Assembly (NCBI GenBank): GCA_900088475.1
Contig: FLMG01001010.1
Span: 62,001-126,000 of the forward strand
From: Hyphochytrium catenoides
Lineage: Eukaryota > Protista > Hyphochytriomycota
Direction: 5' to 3'
DNA: 64,000 bases
Shown here: piece by piece, positions 1-12,500 of the stretch
How positions within the stretch are numbered: position 1 is the first letter of the stretch
How the letters are laid out: every line of letters starts with the position of its first letter
Position numbers and translations under genes: made by a program
Notes under the pieces: generated by a model
What the model was told of the DNA's origin: nothing
The model's database searches: none
Seen by the model: the letters and a program-made list of their open reading frames with translations, nothing else

Positions 1-2888
1 GTACCACCATGACAGGTAGCATCATGATCAGTGTTCCCTTCCCTAGAGTAATGCGAAGTGCCAAGCACATGCTGAAGCTCTTTTGAATGTGTTAGCATGA
101 GGGGTGTCAAGAAGGAATCACTTCTCTCCACCAAGCAAGACGCTGAACCGCTCTCTTCTGTATAGGATAGCATCTCTCTCTTAGAGAAAGGAACAGAATG
201 GCAGCCAAGTAAGCAGGGATTCTTAGCCCTAACTGCGCGCCACTGAAGGCGAGCAAAAGCAAACGCTGTGTGACAAGGCGAGGAATGCGCATATTAAGTC
301 TTATATAACCTGCGGGCTGCCTTTCTACGGCTAGACCGACCCTTGTGGTGCCGCAGGCAAGGAAGGTTAGGGCGGTAAGACTTGAGCTCTACTTGGCTTG
401 CGCTCGTCGGTCAATGTCTTTCTCTACTCTCATTACTTTCAGGAGTCGAAGAGTCTTTAGGGATCTAGTAGCATGGATGGTCCATCCCATGGTAAGACAA
501 GTGCAGCTCTTCAGCACCCATGACCCTCCTCGCATCAGCAGGCGCAGGTCTACTAGTGCGTATCCATGTAGGAGGCTCCCTAGCTGATGGCGCATAAGGA
601 GATATCTACTAAGGAGGACTTGTTGCAGTACCATTGAGGCAGCAGCCTCAGCAGTGACCGCATCCGTAGCAAGATAGCATAAGAACCAGTTGCACCGTTA
701 CATCTCTTGGCTCACACCGTCCTGGCTCTTTCTTCTCTGATCAGTCCTGCTTCCCTCGTGTCTTTCCCGCCAAGTCTTACCTGCCATCAGCACTTGTTGC
801 GCACAGGAGCAGCAGCAGCAGCACCAGCAGTTGCGAGCAACAAGACTCTTCCTTAGCAGCAATGGCAAGCGAAGAAGTACAAGGTAGGCTGCAAAGGAAG
901 TAGGGCTCTCACCTCTATCATCCTCACAGCTCAAGGCTCAACAGCAGGGGCGATCATCATGATGAGCAGTGTTGTTGCTACTGTAACATTCTAATCTTCT
1001 AAGCGGTTAACGGTAGAGCCCCACACAAGAAGCGTCAACTTGCATGGCGATTGACCCATTGATGATAAGAAGCTTCATTGGACAGAGACGATTGGGTCTC
1101 GCTTTTCGAAGTCCATGCTCTGTTGTCCTATCCCTTATAGAACTAAAAGAGATTGCTGAGTCCACTTTCTGGGGAGTAACGGGCACCTGCTGACTGCTCT
1201 TCATCAGCGCTGTCAGAGAGATGATTGAGCCAAGGCTGTTATTCCATGAGGTGCAGGTGCAGCAGGGCTCGAAGTAGGCCTCCGCTCACCGTTGTTCTTA
1301 TGGATCTCTAGACTACATCTACTATGATGGACTGCACCATTCATTTGTCATCGAGTAGTGCGTAGCAATAGGTCAGGCGTCTCGTAGAAGAAAACTGGGC
1401 CAGACGCCGCTGATAATACTTGCTTCTCACTCTCGCCGCAAAGAGTTATCAACAACCTAAGCATTGAGCAGCAGCTCCCCAAGATCGGGAGCGTGACTGG
1501 GCAGCAAGAATGTTAGCATAGCCGTCAGAGTCGTCTTGGCTGACCCATCGAGATCCCACTTCTAACTCATATTATGCTTGTTCTACCCTGCGGCGCCTTA
1601 CATACATCGACTACTCGTTCCCAGTTGCAACTCATCCCTCGACCTCTCCTCCTCTGGGCCCCTCTTACATCTTGATCAAGGGTCAGGGTTGACCCGGAAG
1701 AGTGAAGATAGAAAGGAAAATGAGTGGTAGGCTGGCATAGTGCCGAGAAGAAGACTCTCTATCTGCTTTTGTCCCTTCACGCAGAATGCATAGTAAAACT
1801 CTCCAATAGGTCGCAGCGGCTGCGCAGTAGCTTGTCCTTCAGGTCAGGGAACTGAAGCCACACGCATCACTATGACGACCTCGTGACTTGCTGACTGAGT
1901 CGGCAAGGGAAGAGCAGCGTGGACGTCAAAGGAAGAGCCTGATTAAGGGTAAATTGACCAATGGTTCAAAGGTGGCATTCATATACAAGTGGGAACGTCG
2001 TCCTCTGTCCGACAAGCGAAAGGCCCCTTGGCTGGTGCCAGGCCCCCACTCACTAACTAGGAGAAGATGCTAGCGCCAATGCTATGTGGTAAGCGGGCCT
2101 GCCAAGACCGGACCTCTCGAAGAGCTGTTCTTGGCAGGAAGCATCTCCGTTCTTGACCTATACTTTGACTGCTTGCCACCCCAATCGCCAGACGATCTGG
2201 ATCACTTCCCTGTGAACACGACCCTCACGCCAGCATGCGTAGCCTCTGTCAAACTCTGTTGGGCGGCTTTCTGCCTGTTGATACTTTCAAGAAAAAGAGA
2301 CGCCTTGGACATCAGAAGGGGCCGTAACTGGAGAGCCAATACGGCTGGAGGACACTTCGTGCGTCTGACCACTGGTTGCTGCCATCGGTCCCGCTGGAGA
2401 ATTAGAGCTGTATGGCTCAGTTAACCCTGACAAAGTACGAGATCTCCGGTGACTGTAGTGTGACGGAACCTTCGAGAACCGTAGACGCGCCTTAGAACAA
2501 TCCATCACTGGGTTGGGCAGAGAGGAACCTTCAGGTATACTAACAAGATGCAGCTTTGGGTCAATTGCCGGCTGCTGATGGTGCCCAGTGTCGTGAGGAT
2601 TGAAGTGGAGGAGAGTGGCGCGGCACATTGCTCAGGCGGTAGACGTGAAAATAGACAACAGGACTGGCATGTGCCAAAGAAGGAAAAATACTGAATATGC
2701 CATCGCTCTCACTCTGTCCAACAACTGTGGATGGATCTGTCATGTCCATAGATCATGGCTATTTTATTAACGAGCAGAACATCATTGTGTTCTTAGTAGC
2801 TCCACCTGATGACTGATGGCCACGTTGTCAGCCAACACGCCAATAAATATTGAAAAGCACGCAAGAGCATAACCTCCCCTGTGACCTC

Positions 2889-5800
2889 TTAACCTACTTG
2901 CATTGCCTCCTGCTGTTGCTCTGCTCTCTCTCTATCATGTAACTGCCTGCCTATCAAGAACCTGTCATTCCGCACTGAGTCGTGCAGATAGGTCAGCCAC
3001 ACAGAGAGCGGCTCCATGAGGAAAGAGAGCACACTGCTCAAGACAAGCGCTATGATAGCTGTGCGATAGCACAGAAACCCGAGAGAAGGATCTGGAGTCA
3101 TCCAGAGCGCCTGAATGGTTGGGACTACGCTGACAAGGAACTCAGGAAGGATCACAACTGACCAAAGCCGAAGAGAGAGGGGAATGGTAAGCTTTTCTAA
3201 GACAAAGCGGGCATTGATCGGCCTCCAGCTCTCCTCTCTAATCGCAGTCAGAATGTCCTCATAGATCTTAGCCAAAGCGCAAGTAAGAGGGGTTCTCCGG
3301 ACCTCTTCTTGTTCTACAACTTGAATGTGGAACCGTGGTGGCGGTCGCCCTGCAGCAGCTGCCTCTCTTCGGGCTTCCTGCACTCGCCTCTGCTCCTCAG
3401 GGGCCGCCTGCGCGAGAAGAAGTTCTGGGTCTCCAAGATCATCGTTTTCATGTTGTTCTTCATCATCATCGTCGTCGTCTTCATCTTCACCAACATGAAA
3501 GTGCAAGATACCCGTGCAGACAAGGTAAGACCACGTCTCCAGTAGCCCAACACCAATAAGCCAGGCCTAGAGAGGCAGATAAGAGAATAAAGCGTGAGAT
3601 GGAAATATGCCAACGAACAAGGTATAGAACTGACGGAACTATGGGAGCCAAGAGACAACATAGCAGAGTTATCCAACCTCAAAAATTCTCATCTTAAGCG
3701 ACGGAGCACCAAGAGTAAGAAGTAACCCAAGCACCGTAATAGAGAAAGCAGTGGATAAAGTTATCTGCCCGCTGCTACGGCATGGTCACACCACCATGCT
3801 ATCCCAAGAACAGGCACACAGCTTGAAAGGAAGGGTAAATGACGGTGCTGGAAAGTGAAGAAACAAGAAGCAGATGATAGGAAAAGCTTGTCGGGAACCA
3901 AAAGTCTGAGCATCTGTAGCCAGGCACCCTCGAGTTGACGTCTTTTCTGGAGAAAAGCTTACCTTGATTGAGAGCCTACTCAGCCAAGTCTCAGTAGAGG
4001 CCATCAGTACGATGTCGAAGAGAAGACCTGCAGCTAGAGGACAAACGAAGAGCCAGAGGAGTAGCGCCGCAGCAAGTCTCCACACATCTGCTGCGGAAGG
4101 GCGAGAGGATCCCTCTGTGTTGGAGAGATGCTTTTGTATGGCTAGCCATGCAAAGTGACCAAGAGAAAAGAAGGTGCAAAGTATTACGCAGCCTAGCACA
4201 TAGGAGAACGGATCATGTCTGATACCCTTCGGGACCTGCACCAGATGAATGATGCTCTTTCCAAGCGCATACGGAGCAGCCGTGAACAGCAGGATGATGG
4301 AAACTAGAGTCAGCCAAGCGAGAAAGAAGAGGACGGAGAGACGCAGACCATAGCGCTCTGGCGTCCTCCTGGGGCACAGCTCCACTTCCAAAGGCTCCTC
4401 TGGATCCTCGGGCCATGGCGATCGCCTCACTCCTGGCTGTCTCCTTATTCCTGCCTCTGCACCTCCGGGCGCGGGAGCCAGACGAAGAGGCGGCGGAGGG
4501 ACGGGCCTCCCGATAGTCCTGTTACCTTCTTCTCCATTTGGAGCTGGCGTAAGAGGTAAGATAAACTCGGAGAGTCCAAGGACACCACAGACCAAGACGA
4601 GCCAGTGATGTTGAGCATCTCCTATAACATTCTTGAACCTCTCTAAAAGACCCAGCACCACCATATGGCAGGCAACCAGTTCCGCTACTAGCTGAAGCTC
4701 TGGTACAAAGTAAGAGAGATCTACCTCTAGTGGAAACGCAGAAGGAAACGCAGCCGTCGCCATTCGCACAGGTAGATAGATCAAGAGCACCAGCAAAAGA
4801 AAGTACACAGTCAGAGACAAGAGCATCCTCCTCGTGTGCTTAGGGAAGGATTCTGCCAACAAACTTTTCAGTAGATCCGGGTGTGCCTCTTGGGGGCGGA
4901 TTAGAGTAGAGAGAAAGTAAGGATGAAGGACTTCTCTCAACTGCAGAACCGAGACTGTGACGACAAGCATCCCGCTAATACCTAAAACCCAGTGTATGAG
5001 AAGAGAGCCCACCACGTTATTAGCCGTGAAAGCCACCCTCTCAAGCGACGAAGCGTGAAAGAGGGCGAGTGTAGCCAGGTCAATACCAAAGCCCAAGAGG
5101 ACAGGAAGGAAGAGCATCTTCAATAGCAGAAGAATCGTAACTTTGATCACCGCTGCCACACAGTCGAGCGTCCATCTTAGCCCATCTACCATTGGAAGGC
5201 GGAAAGAAGAGGAAAGCTTCGAGACCAGAGCCTGACAGATCAAGAATGAGGCAGCAATAACGCTGTATCCAACAAAGGTTGTCAGTACATCTGCACTCTG
5301 CAAGGTGTCTCCTCTTTCTGCTGCTTCGTGAGAAGCCCTCACGATAACTCTTACGGCCTCGCTCTCAGGAAGCATCCTACCAACAGAGAGGAGGAGGTTA
5401 TTGCTCGCCCCCAGGATATTTTTTCCAATAATGAAAGGGATGAAGACAAAGAGACCAAGGTATGCGCCATTGAAGGCTAGCAGCCATGTAAGGTTTCTAA
5501 CTGCATTCGTGAGCGGCCCTCGAAAGCCCAGGAGTTCATCTAGGGCGATGTTCAGCTCCATGTGCTCCAGCTCTTCCTCCTCTCCGCGCGGACGAGGCGG
5601 TGGCGCTGCTCTTTCGTTGATAAGAGGCTCTTCGTCTACTTCCACATCTTCTTCCTCCTCTTCCCAGTGCCGCTCTTCAATAGCTTGCCTTTCGGGAGCT
5701 TGATCAAAGTCCACAGCTGGAGCGAGCGCCCCATTTAACATTGGCGCGGCAGGCTCTTGATCCTCTCCTCCCATCCTTTCCCAATCTTCCTCGTGCCATT

Positions 5801-6632
5801 GTGCAGGAGGCTCTTCCATGGGTTCGGCTTCATCTCGTAAACCTTCTGCAGCTGCAGGCTCCGGTGGCGCATCTTCCCTTCTAACTGGGACGTTCAATGG
5901 AGCGGCATCTCTTCGTACCACCCTGTCTCTTTCTCTCCCAGCAAGGTTCCTTCTCCCCAGAACGCCATCATCATTGACCAGCTCATCCCAGTGAAAGCGA
6001 AGAAAATCCGCAAAGAGCATAAGCGCAAGGAAGGAGAATATGACGCAGATAGAGACAATAAGCCCAGCAAGCACATCTTGCCATATGTCCGCCTGATTGA
6101 ACCGTTCCATCACCATATTCTTTTTCGAAGAGCCGGTTCTCAGCATCCACATCCGGTAGAGCCAGCTGGTCACCCATGGAGCCACTGTGGACCATAGGAA
6201 GGTGATGAAAATGACCCGAAAGAGAAAGGGAATCCAGCGGCGTACCACGAGGAGGCAGACGGTCAACACCACCTCGTGCGCGGGTAGACGGGCTGGCGCG
6301 TCCTTTGCATATAAAGGGGTGAAGCGGAACTTATGGCCGCATAGCTCACAATAGTCCTTTCCGCAGTGATCTAGCCATTGTACCAGGCAGTCCTGATGAA
6401 TGTACTTTATGCTTCCGCTGCAATAGCAAGGAGCAAAAAGAGGCCTGTCCTCTTCAGCTTCTCCTCTGCACACTCTGCACTCGAGTTCCTCTTCTGGCGT
6501 CGACCCATTCGAAGAGCTGGGCCTTGAAACTTCCTCCTTCGAACTCTCATACTCTCCATGCGAAGGACTAGCAGGTGTCACCGGCGCTGTCCTGGCCGGA
6601 AGAAGAGGATTGAGCTCCTGTCCAAGCTCCAT
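2889..6632 (-). CDS. MARCHF6: MARCH6/Doa10-type RING-CH E3 ubiquitin ligase (ERAD); 2 exons: 6632-3963 and 3566-2889, about 1115 aa
   Basis: N-terminal RING-CH CRVCRGE...PCYCSGSIKYIHQDCLVQWL...CELC; many TM helices; conserved ELLGFRGP, LREVLHP and C-terminal HDSVRNDRFLIGRQL motifs. A GT-AG phase-0 intron (3962-3567) joins ORFs 3786..6632 and 2889..3506 in frame. Confidence 0.95.
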
Positions 6633-7110
6633 ATCTTCACCAGTTAACTTCTGCAGCTAGCGTCCGTCCGGCCAGCTAGAGAAGCCTGACAACCTCAACC
6701 GTGTAACTATTATGCTGTTGTTCTTCTAGGAGGCTCCAACGTTGGTAGGAGTCACACAGAATAGGGCCGTAGAAAGCCAGAGACTCAAGAAAACGCGGAG
6801 GAGCCAACAGAACGCCGCGAGGACTGCCAAAGACTCCTCTCTAATCCCTCTCTCCACGTTCCGAGACCAAAGGTAGTGAAGAACGAGAAGAGGAGGAGAG
6901 TCGAAGAAGCCTCGACAGTCAATGAGTGCCCCGGAAAGACTTCAAGCGAGCGTGACCAACGGTGCCATCAACACCTTCTACTGGCTTTCTTCCCTGCTGC
7001 TGCTGCTGCTGCAGAATGGTCGTTCCGTAGAGAACCACGTCTTCCAGGAGAACCTCACAGCTCGTTTCCTCTGGGTTGAGCTTTCTTACACGTTCCACCT
7101 GCTCTTGTTG

Positions 7111-7373
7111 CCTCTCTCTCTCGTCCTTGAGTCTCTCTCCCCCTTCAGTTCTTTCGCGTTCTCTCTTTCTCTCTCTCTCTCTTTCTCCTCTCCCTCTTTT
7201 CTTCGTCTCTCTCTCTCTCTTTCACTTCCTCTTTCTCTCTCTCTCTCTCTGTGTCGCTGTGTCTCTCTGTCTCTCTCTCCTTTCTCTTCTCTCTCTCTCT
7301 GTCTCTCTCTGTCTCTGTCTCTCTCTCTGTCACTTTCTCTGTCTCTCTCTCACATTGTCTCTCTCTCTCTCTG

Positions 7374-7404
<31 letters not shown>

Positions 7405-7405
7405 C
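7111..7405. repeat. Degenerate (CT)n/(GA)n microsatellite, polypyrimidine tract
   Basis: About 300 nt of almost pure ctctct/ctgtct; it generates the spurious SLSLSL/ERERER ORFs. Confidence 0.95.
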
Positions 7406-8098
7406 CCTGCAACTGGTTCCTCTCGTCACACTTCTGTGTTTTCCCTTCTGTTTCCCACTACAAAGTCCAGCTTTGTCCACAAGGGTCCGGACATACTATT
7501 CAGCCTCCCCTTATTCATAATTTACAGGCCAATCACAATCAGGTAGTATATCCTGCTGTCCTGAAACAACTGCCACAACCTTCATCAAAAGATATAAAGT
7601 ATTTCGCTTGATAGGGTTCCAGCGGCTCCCAGTCATTTGCCCCTCATTGGTAGATATCAAATCGTCAAAATGGTTTCTCAGCAAGCGCGTAAAGGCTGAC
7701 ATCTAATACCCACTTTAATTCTGGAACAAAGACCCATCGCTATAAAAGACCAATAACTAGGACAGGTCCACAATGAAAAGGGCTACTTGTAGCAGACATC
7801 AAAAGCCGCTGAGCCTGGGGGAGCTCTGACGGACATGTTCAAACTGATCTTGGCGCAGTGTTGCCGCCCCGCCGCTGACCGCGAAAGTCAGAGGATTCAT
7901 GTAATGAAGACAGATAACGGAACCCACCCTTCTGTCGCATGTGTTCAATCAATACGAGCACCATCGAGAAGATTTATCTACTTCTACCTGATGGCCAACG
8001 GATGAGCGCTTTAGACTGCGCCTGATCAAAGTGCAGCTGATTGCCATAGCACGCGTCCTCTCTCTCGAAAGAGTGTCCCTACATCCCCTCTCTTTAGC

Positions 8099-8412
8099 AT
8101 GGATCCTGCACAGGAGGAGATGCTGTTGGAAAGAATCAACGACTTCACAGGAGACTTGGTGAGGCAGCTCCAGGAAGCGGAGGCACACTTTCAAGTTCTA
8201 GTGGACGCTGCGGCGGGTGAGTTTACTTGACATATGGAGCTTAAGAAAGTCGTCAGCCTGATTCCTTATCCCTCTTTCCAGCTTCTTCAAAAACAATGGC
8301 TAAATGGGAGAGTGTCTTCCAATTGATGTCAGCCCAGATGAAAGTAGCAAACGGAGAAGTAAGCCCTGCCACTAGCTTTGTTCAAGTCCAGCATGAGCCA
8401 TCCTCCAACTAA
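8099..8412 (+). CDS. DAD2: DASH/Dam1 complex subunit Dad2-like, 82 aa; exons 8099-8216 and 8282-8412
   Basis: ATG 8099; 65-nt intron GTGAGT...TTTCCAG; TAA 8410-8412. Spliced protein MDPAQEEMLLERINDFTGDLVRQLQEAEAHFQVLVDAAAASSKTMAKWESVFQLMSAQMKVANGEVSPATSFVQVQHEPSSN fits the Dad2 pattern (E-xx-L-xx-I-xxx-T-xx-L-xx-QL-x-E...M-xx-W-x-S-[IV], then a C-terminal P-x-T-..-V-x-V strand). Confidence 0.72.
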
Positions 8413-9583
8413 AGAGCATTCTGCTAATTTTGTGGCAAAGTGCTCAAAAAGTAAGCATGGTTGACAAGCAGTCTCCCAGGGGTTGGAGTTAATAAGATGC
8501 TGATGCCGCTCAATCGAGATAAACGGTGTGGTGGTGCTGAGTTTCTCTATGGCCGATCAGATTTGCATACTCTCGGAGAACATAATTCGGTCCAGAGAGG
8601 ATGCCCACAGCTTGAGCACAAAGTACGGGCGGCTTTGATTGCGTGTGGAACCATCAAAGCAGGATGATGACTATTATCTCGCCATTACTCCTAGTGATTT
8701 ATTTGTAACAGTAACCTCTTCATCATCATGTTCTTTCTTGCTATCAATGGGATTCCTTTTCGGTCTGGGAGCGCTTCCCTCTAACCTTATAAAGGAAGGC
8801 TCAATGAAAGGTGGTCAGGTTAACCATCGATGCTTAGGAGAGCTGCTTTGTTCACTGTGTCACATCGGTGGACCACAGAAGAAACTTTGTCGTACTTTTC
8901 TTAGTGACGAGAGAATCATCTTTCCAGACCTCGCAGTAGACAGGTCAGACCGTCATTTGAGTAAGGCGAAGTTTGGATTACTGGCAGGTGTGCGTGTAGC
9001 GACGTTAGTGGGGCGTGTCATGCAGTTTCTGAGGGATGAGCTCTACTTCTGGCGAACGCCCTTGTGTGCCTGTCCCATTCCCAGGTGTGGGACATCATCG
9101 GCCGGGCTCTCTGTCCTTGGACTCAACATAGAAGATCTGAAGTATCTATCTTCCTTCATTGCCCTTTCAGTCTCACTAGCAACCATTGCGGCGTGCCCCT
9201 CCTGCGCAGGTGGGCCAGACCTGTAACGACAAGATAAGTTGCACCATGTAAGGAAACATTGAGCTTGAACAATGTCCCTTCTCTAGGTCTGCTGAAGGAA
9301 ACATTGAAGCTTTCAGGTGGCATTGGAAACTATTGCCTTGGAGGATCATCCGATGCTTCTTATTGCACTTGTTATCCACTTGTGGAGGCGTGCACGAGCG
9401 CTGCTCATCATCTGGCAGTCCGCAACTCGAAGATCCGGCAGGATGGAGCCTAATACTGAGAACTGGCTAGAGAGGCTCATCCCTGAGCCATACTTTGCAA
9501 CCTTACCTCCGCTTGACTTCTGCCTGGAGGCTAAGTAAACCGCTGGCGGTCTTGGTTTGGGTTGAGGCCTTCCAGAGAGTACG

Positions 9584-12500
9584 ATGGCGGAGCAAACCGC
9601 CATGGAACTAGTCAATCTGGAAGGAGCGACCGACAAGGTTCACTACTCAGCAATACCTTCGGGAGTTGAGGAAGAAGCTAGCCCGTCCGGTGACCTTGAT
9701 GTCCCGCAGGCCATCACAGACCCCAAAGGGCACACTCATGAATCCGAAGAGACATATACAGATCACCCATCTCATCCCCCTATCGAGGTTGAGGGGTTTC
9801 CTGCGGCTGGAGCCAACATAGAAGTGGGATTTGAGCCACCGAGAGGAAGAGAAGAAGACGGCCAAGTTGTATCCTATGATCACGAGGCTGCTTTAGAACT
9901 CGCGCCAGCCATTCAGGAAGAGCAAGAAAAGTCCGAAGATTGGCTAGCTGAGCCATCGCAGCTGCCCACCGAAGAGATGCAGAGAGAGACAGCAGGTGGC
10001 GTGGAGCTACCGGCGGTAGAGACGACTCTGCAAGATAGCGAGATACTGAAGGCAGAGGACTACGATTATGATCCGGACTTTGACGACACTTTTTTGGAGT
10101 CGGCTCCCGACGAGACAACAGCAGAAACTCCATCCTTGGAGGAACCGTTCGACCTCAAAGAAGAGGGGCAAGAAACCAAGAGAGAAGAAACGGCAGAGGA
10201 ATTCAAGCCAGAGCATGAGGCACGACCGCTAAATGGTGGTACGGAGGAGAGCAAAGCAGAGGCTAGTCCGGAGAAAGACCAGCACCAACTTTTGCCTGGC
10301 AGCATAAGCCATCAACAAGGAAGTGTAGACGGGGGAGGAGGGACCATAGTGGAAGGGCAAGCACAACCTGGCCATAGCCCTCACATGACAGATACAGACG
10401 TAAAACCAAACGTCAACTTGGAAATAGCGGTCGATACCTTACCTGAGACACCGATTTGGGACCCTCTGCGGGAAGTGGTGAGCAGTGGCTATGAAGAAGA
10501 GAGTCGGTCAAGAGCACCCGAGCAACAAAGTGGAAGCATCGACATTGGGGAAAAACCAGACGGAAAACTGGAGGTCTTCGGAAGATCAGAAAACGAAGAG
10601 GAGTCCATTGGCCATAAGCTCGTGGGACAGAAGGCTGAGACTGACGTTCAGGTGGGAGTCGTAAGTCCAGACGAACCGGTTATCCTTAGTGGTGAACTCT
10701 CAATCAAACCTGCCACTGAAGGACGACCTCTATCGAGAGAGAGGACAGATGAATCTGAGAACGAGAGTAAAGGTTTTAACGATGCTGGGCAACGAAGTCA
10801 AGATGATGGACGAGAAATCTCAGCTTTGGGCGCGGTGGACGCGCAAGTTAATTCAACGGAGAGAAACCCTGAAAGACACACTGAAACCGAAATACAGAGG
10901 GACGCCATTCCGTCAAAGGGGGAAGAGAGGAAGAAAGGGGAGACGGAAGGGGAGGAAAAAGGAGGTGACAATGTAGGAGAGTTCACGAGAAGCGAAGGCG
11001 ATGGACAAAGAAAGTATGAACACGACGAACAACCTGAAGACTCAGGCTTGAAGAGCCTCCACCACAGCGAGAAAGGGGCCGAGCAAGCGAACTTATACCT
11101 ACCTGAAGAACCCGCAAGTGTCAACGAAGAAGGGAAGAGCGCGCCTTCTGACAAAGACTATCTTCTAGGTCGTTCCGAAGCCCATGGTGAAGTGCCAGAG
11201 GCAGCAGGGCTCGAAGAGGAGAAACCACTTGCCCATGGAGTAGATGGGAGTGGACCGCAATTGAAAAGAGAGGAGGACAAAGAAGGTTCTGTCTTCCGTT
11301 TCATGCATAAAGAGGAGATGGAGCCAGATAACAGAAGTGAACACAAGGGGATTGATGGGATGGACTTACACGCACAAGCCCACGTCACAGGCCAAAGGGA
11401 CATAAAGGGGACATTAGAGAACCCCTTGAGACTGGAAAGCAATGAAGTAAAGGGGAACGATGACGGCAAAGAAGCCGAGAAGGAAGAAATGAGTAAAATA
11501 GTTTGTTTGGCCAACGGAAAGCAGGGAAACGAGAAAGAGGAGCAGTCAGAGGAAATACAATGGACACACGGTGAAGGGCAGCGTGAGGAAGATAGGGAAG
11601 AGATGAAGCAGCTTCTGAAGAGTAAGAAAGAGGACACACCGCGGTCGTTGGAGGGTGGTAACGAGAGGAAGGAGGACAATATAGCCCCTGAAGGTGCCAG
11701 GGAAACGGAGGCGATAGTCCAACCGGTCCTCGGTAGAGAGGCAGAGGAGCGTTTAGGCTTGAGCCACACAGACCCGGTGAATAAAGAACCAGACCACAAT
11801 GAGGAGCAAGTGCCTCTAGAGAGGACTCCTCAGAGGAGGCTAGGAGGTCCATTTCACTGCAGTAAGTCTGTGGGATCCATTCGCGCTCGTTGTCCTATGC
11901 CCTTCACACTATCCTACACTCTTTACACTCTTTGATTTGGTCAGAGAACCCTGGCGCTTCTCCAAGGTGATAATGTTGTGCTATCTATCCATCTAAGCTG
12001 ACTATTTTGGATTGTGGCTATGTCCGCAGAAAAGCGGGTTGAGACGAGAGGTCCACGTCCTCTAGAGCTGACGGAGAATCTCAAAAAGTTCTCGAAGAAA
12101 GCAGTGGAGGAGGAATTCGCCCATCGATACACAGAAGCGGAGCGAGAGCAGCATGGTGAGGCGAAGAGAAGACAGCAGGAGTGGAAAGATTCTGTGGATG
12201 AGGCGAGAGCGAGGAGGTAAGCTCATGGGGTCCATGAGGGCGATACGTTTATATTTATCTCCTTCTGCGGCAGAGTACAAAGGAAGAAAGAGCTAGAGGC
12301 CTCAGAGAGACAGACTCAAGACATACTCCTGCAGAAGTACCGGGACGCAGTCGAGAAGCATCAACAGAGACTAAGAACAGCGCTGGACGGGAAACAAAAT
12401 AGAATGCAGGCCGAAGCGAAGGAGCGGAACTTGGAAGACGAGAAGAAAGAAAGAAGAATCAAGAAAGAGAACACGTCCGTTAAGGCTCCACTAAGCGAGA

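Noticed and set aside
1300-1350. GSLDYIYYDGLHH resembling a class I methyltransferase motif
   Set aside because: Isolated short match flanked by stops, with no SAM-binding motif or exon context.
6922-7611. 229-aa and overlapping ORFs (also 41488-41955)
   Set aside because: They are translations of (CT)n microsatellite (SLSLSL/ERERER), not credible proteins.
7910-8005. Two AACGG (MSA/Myb-like) motifs upstream of the Dad2-like gene
   Set aside because: A 5-mer is expected often by chance; there is no support without conservation data.
8240-8400. Minus-strand LDLNKA and QADD resembling LINE reverse transcriptase motifs
   Set aside because: Spacing is far too short for RT motifs, and the plus strand is better explained by the Dad2-like gene.
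9647-11852. Many antisense ORFs over long exons (also over MARCH6 and SLX4)
   Set aside because: Shadow ORFs caused by the codon bias of the sense-strand genes.
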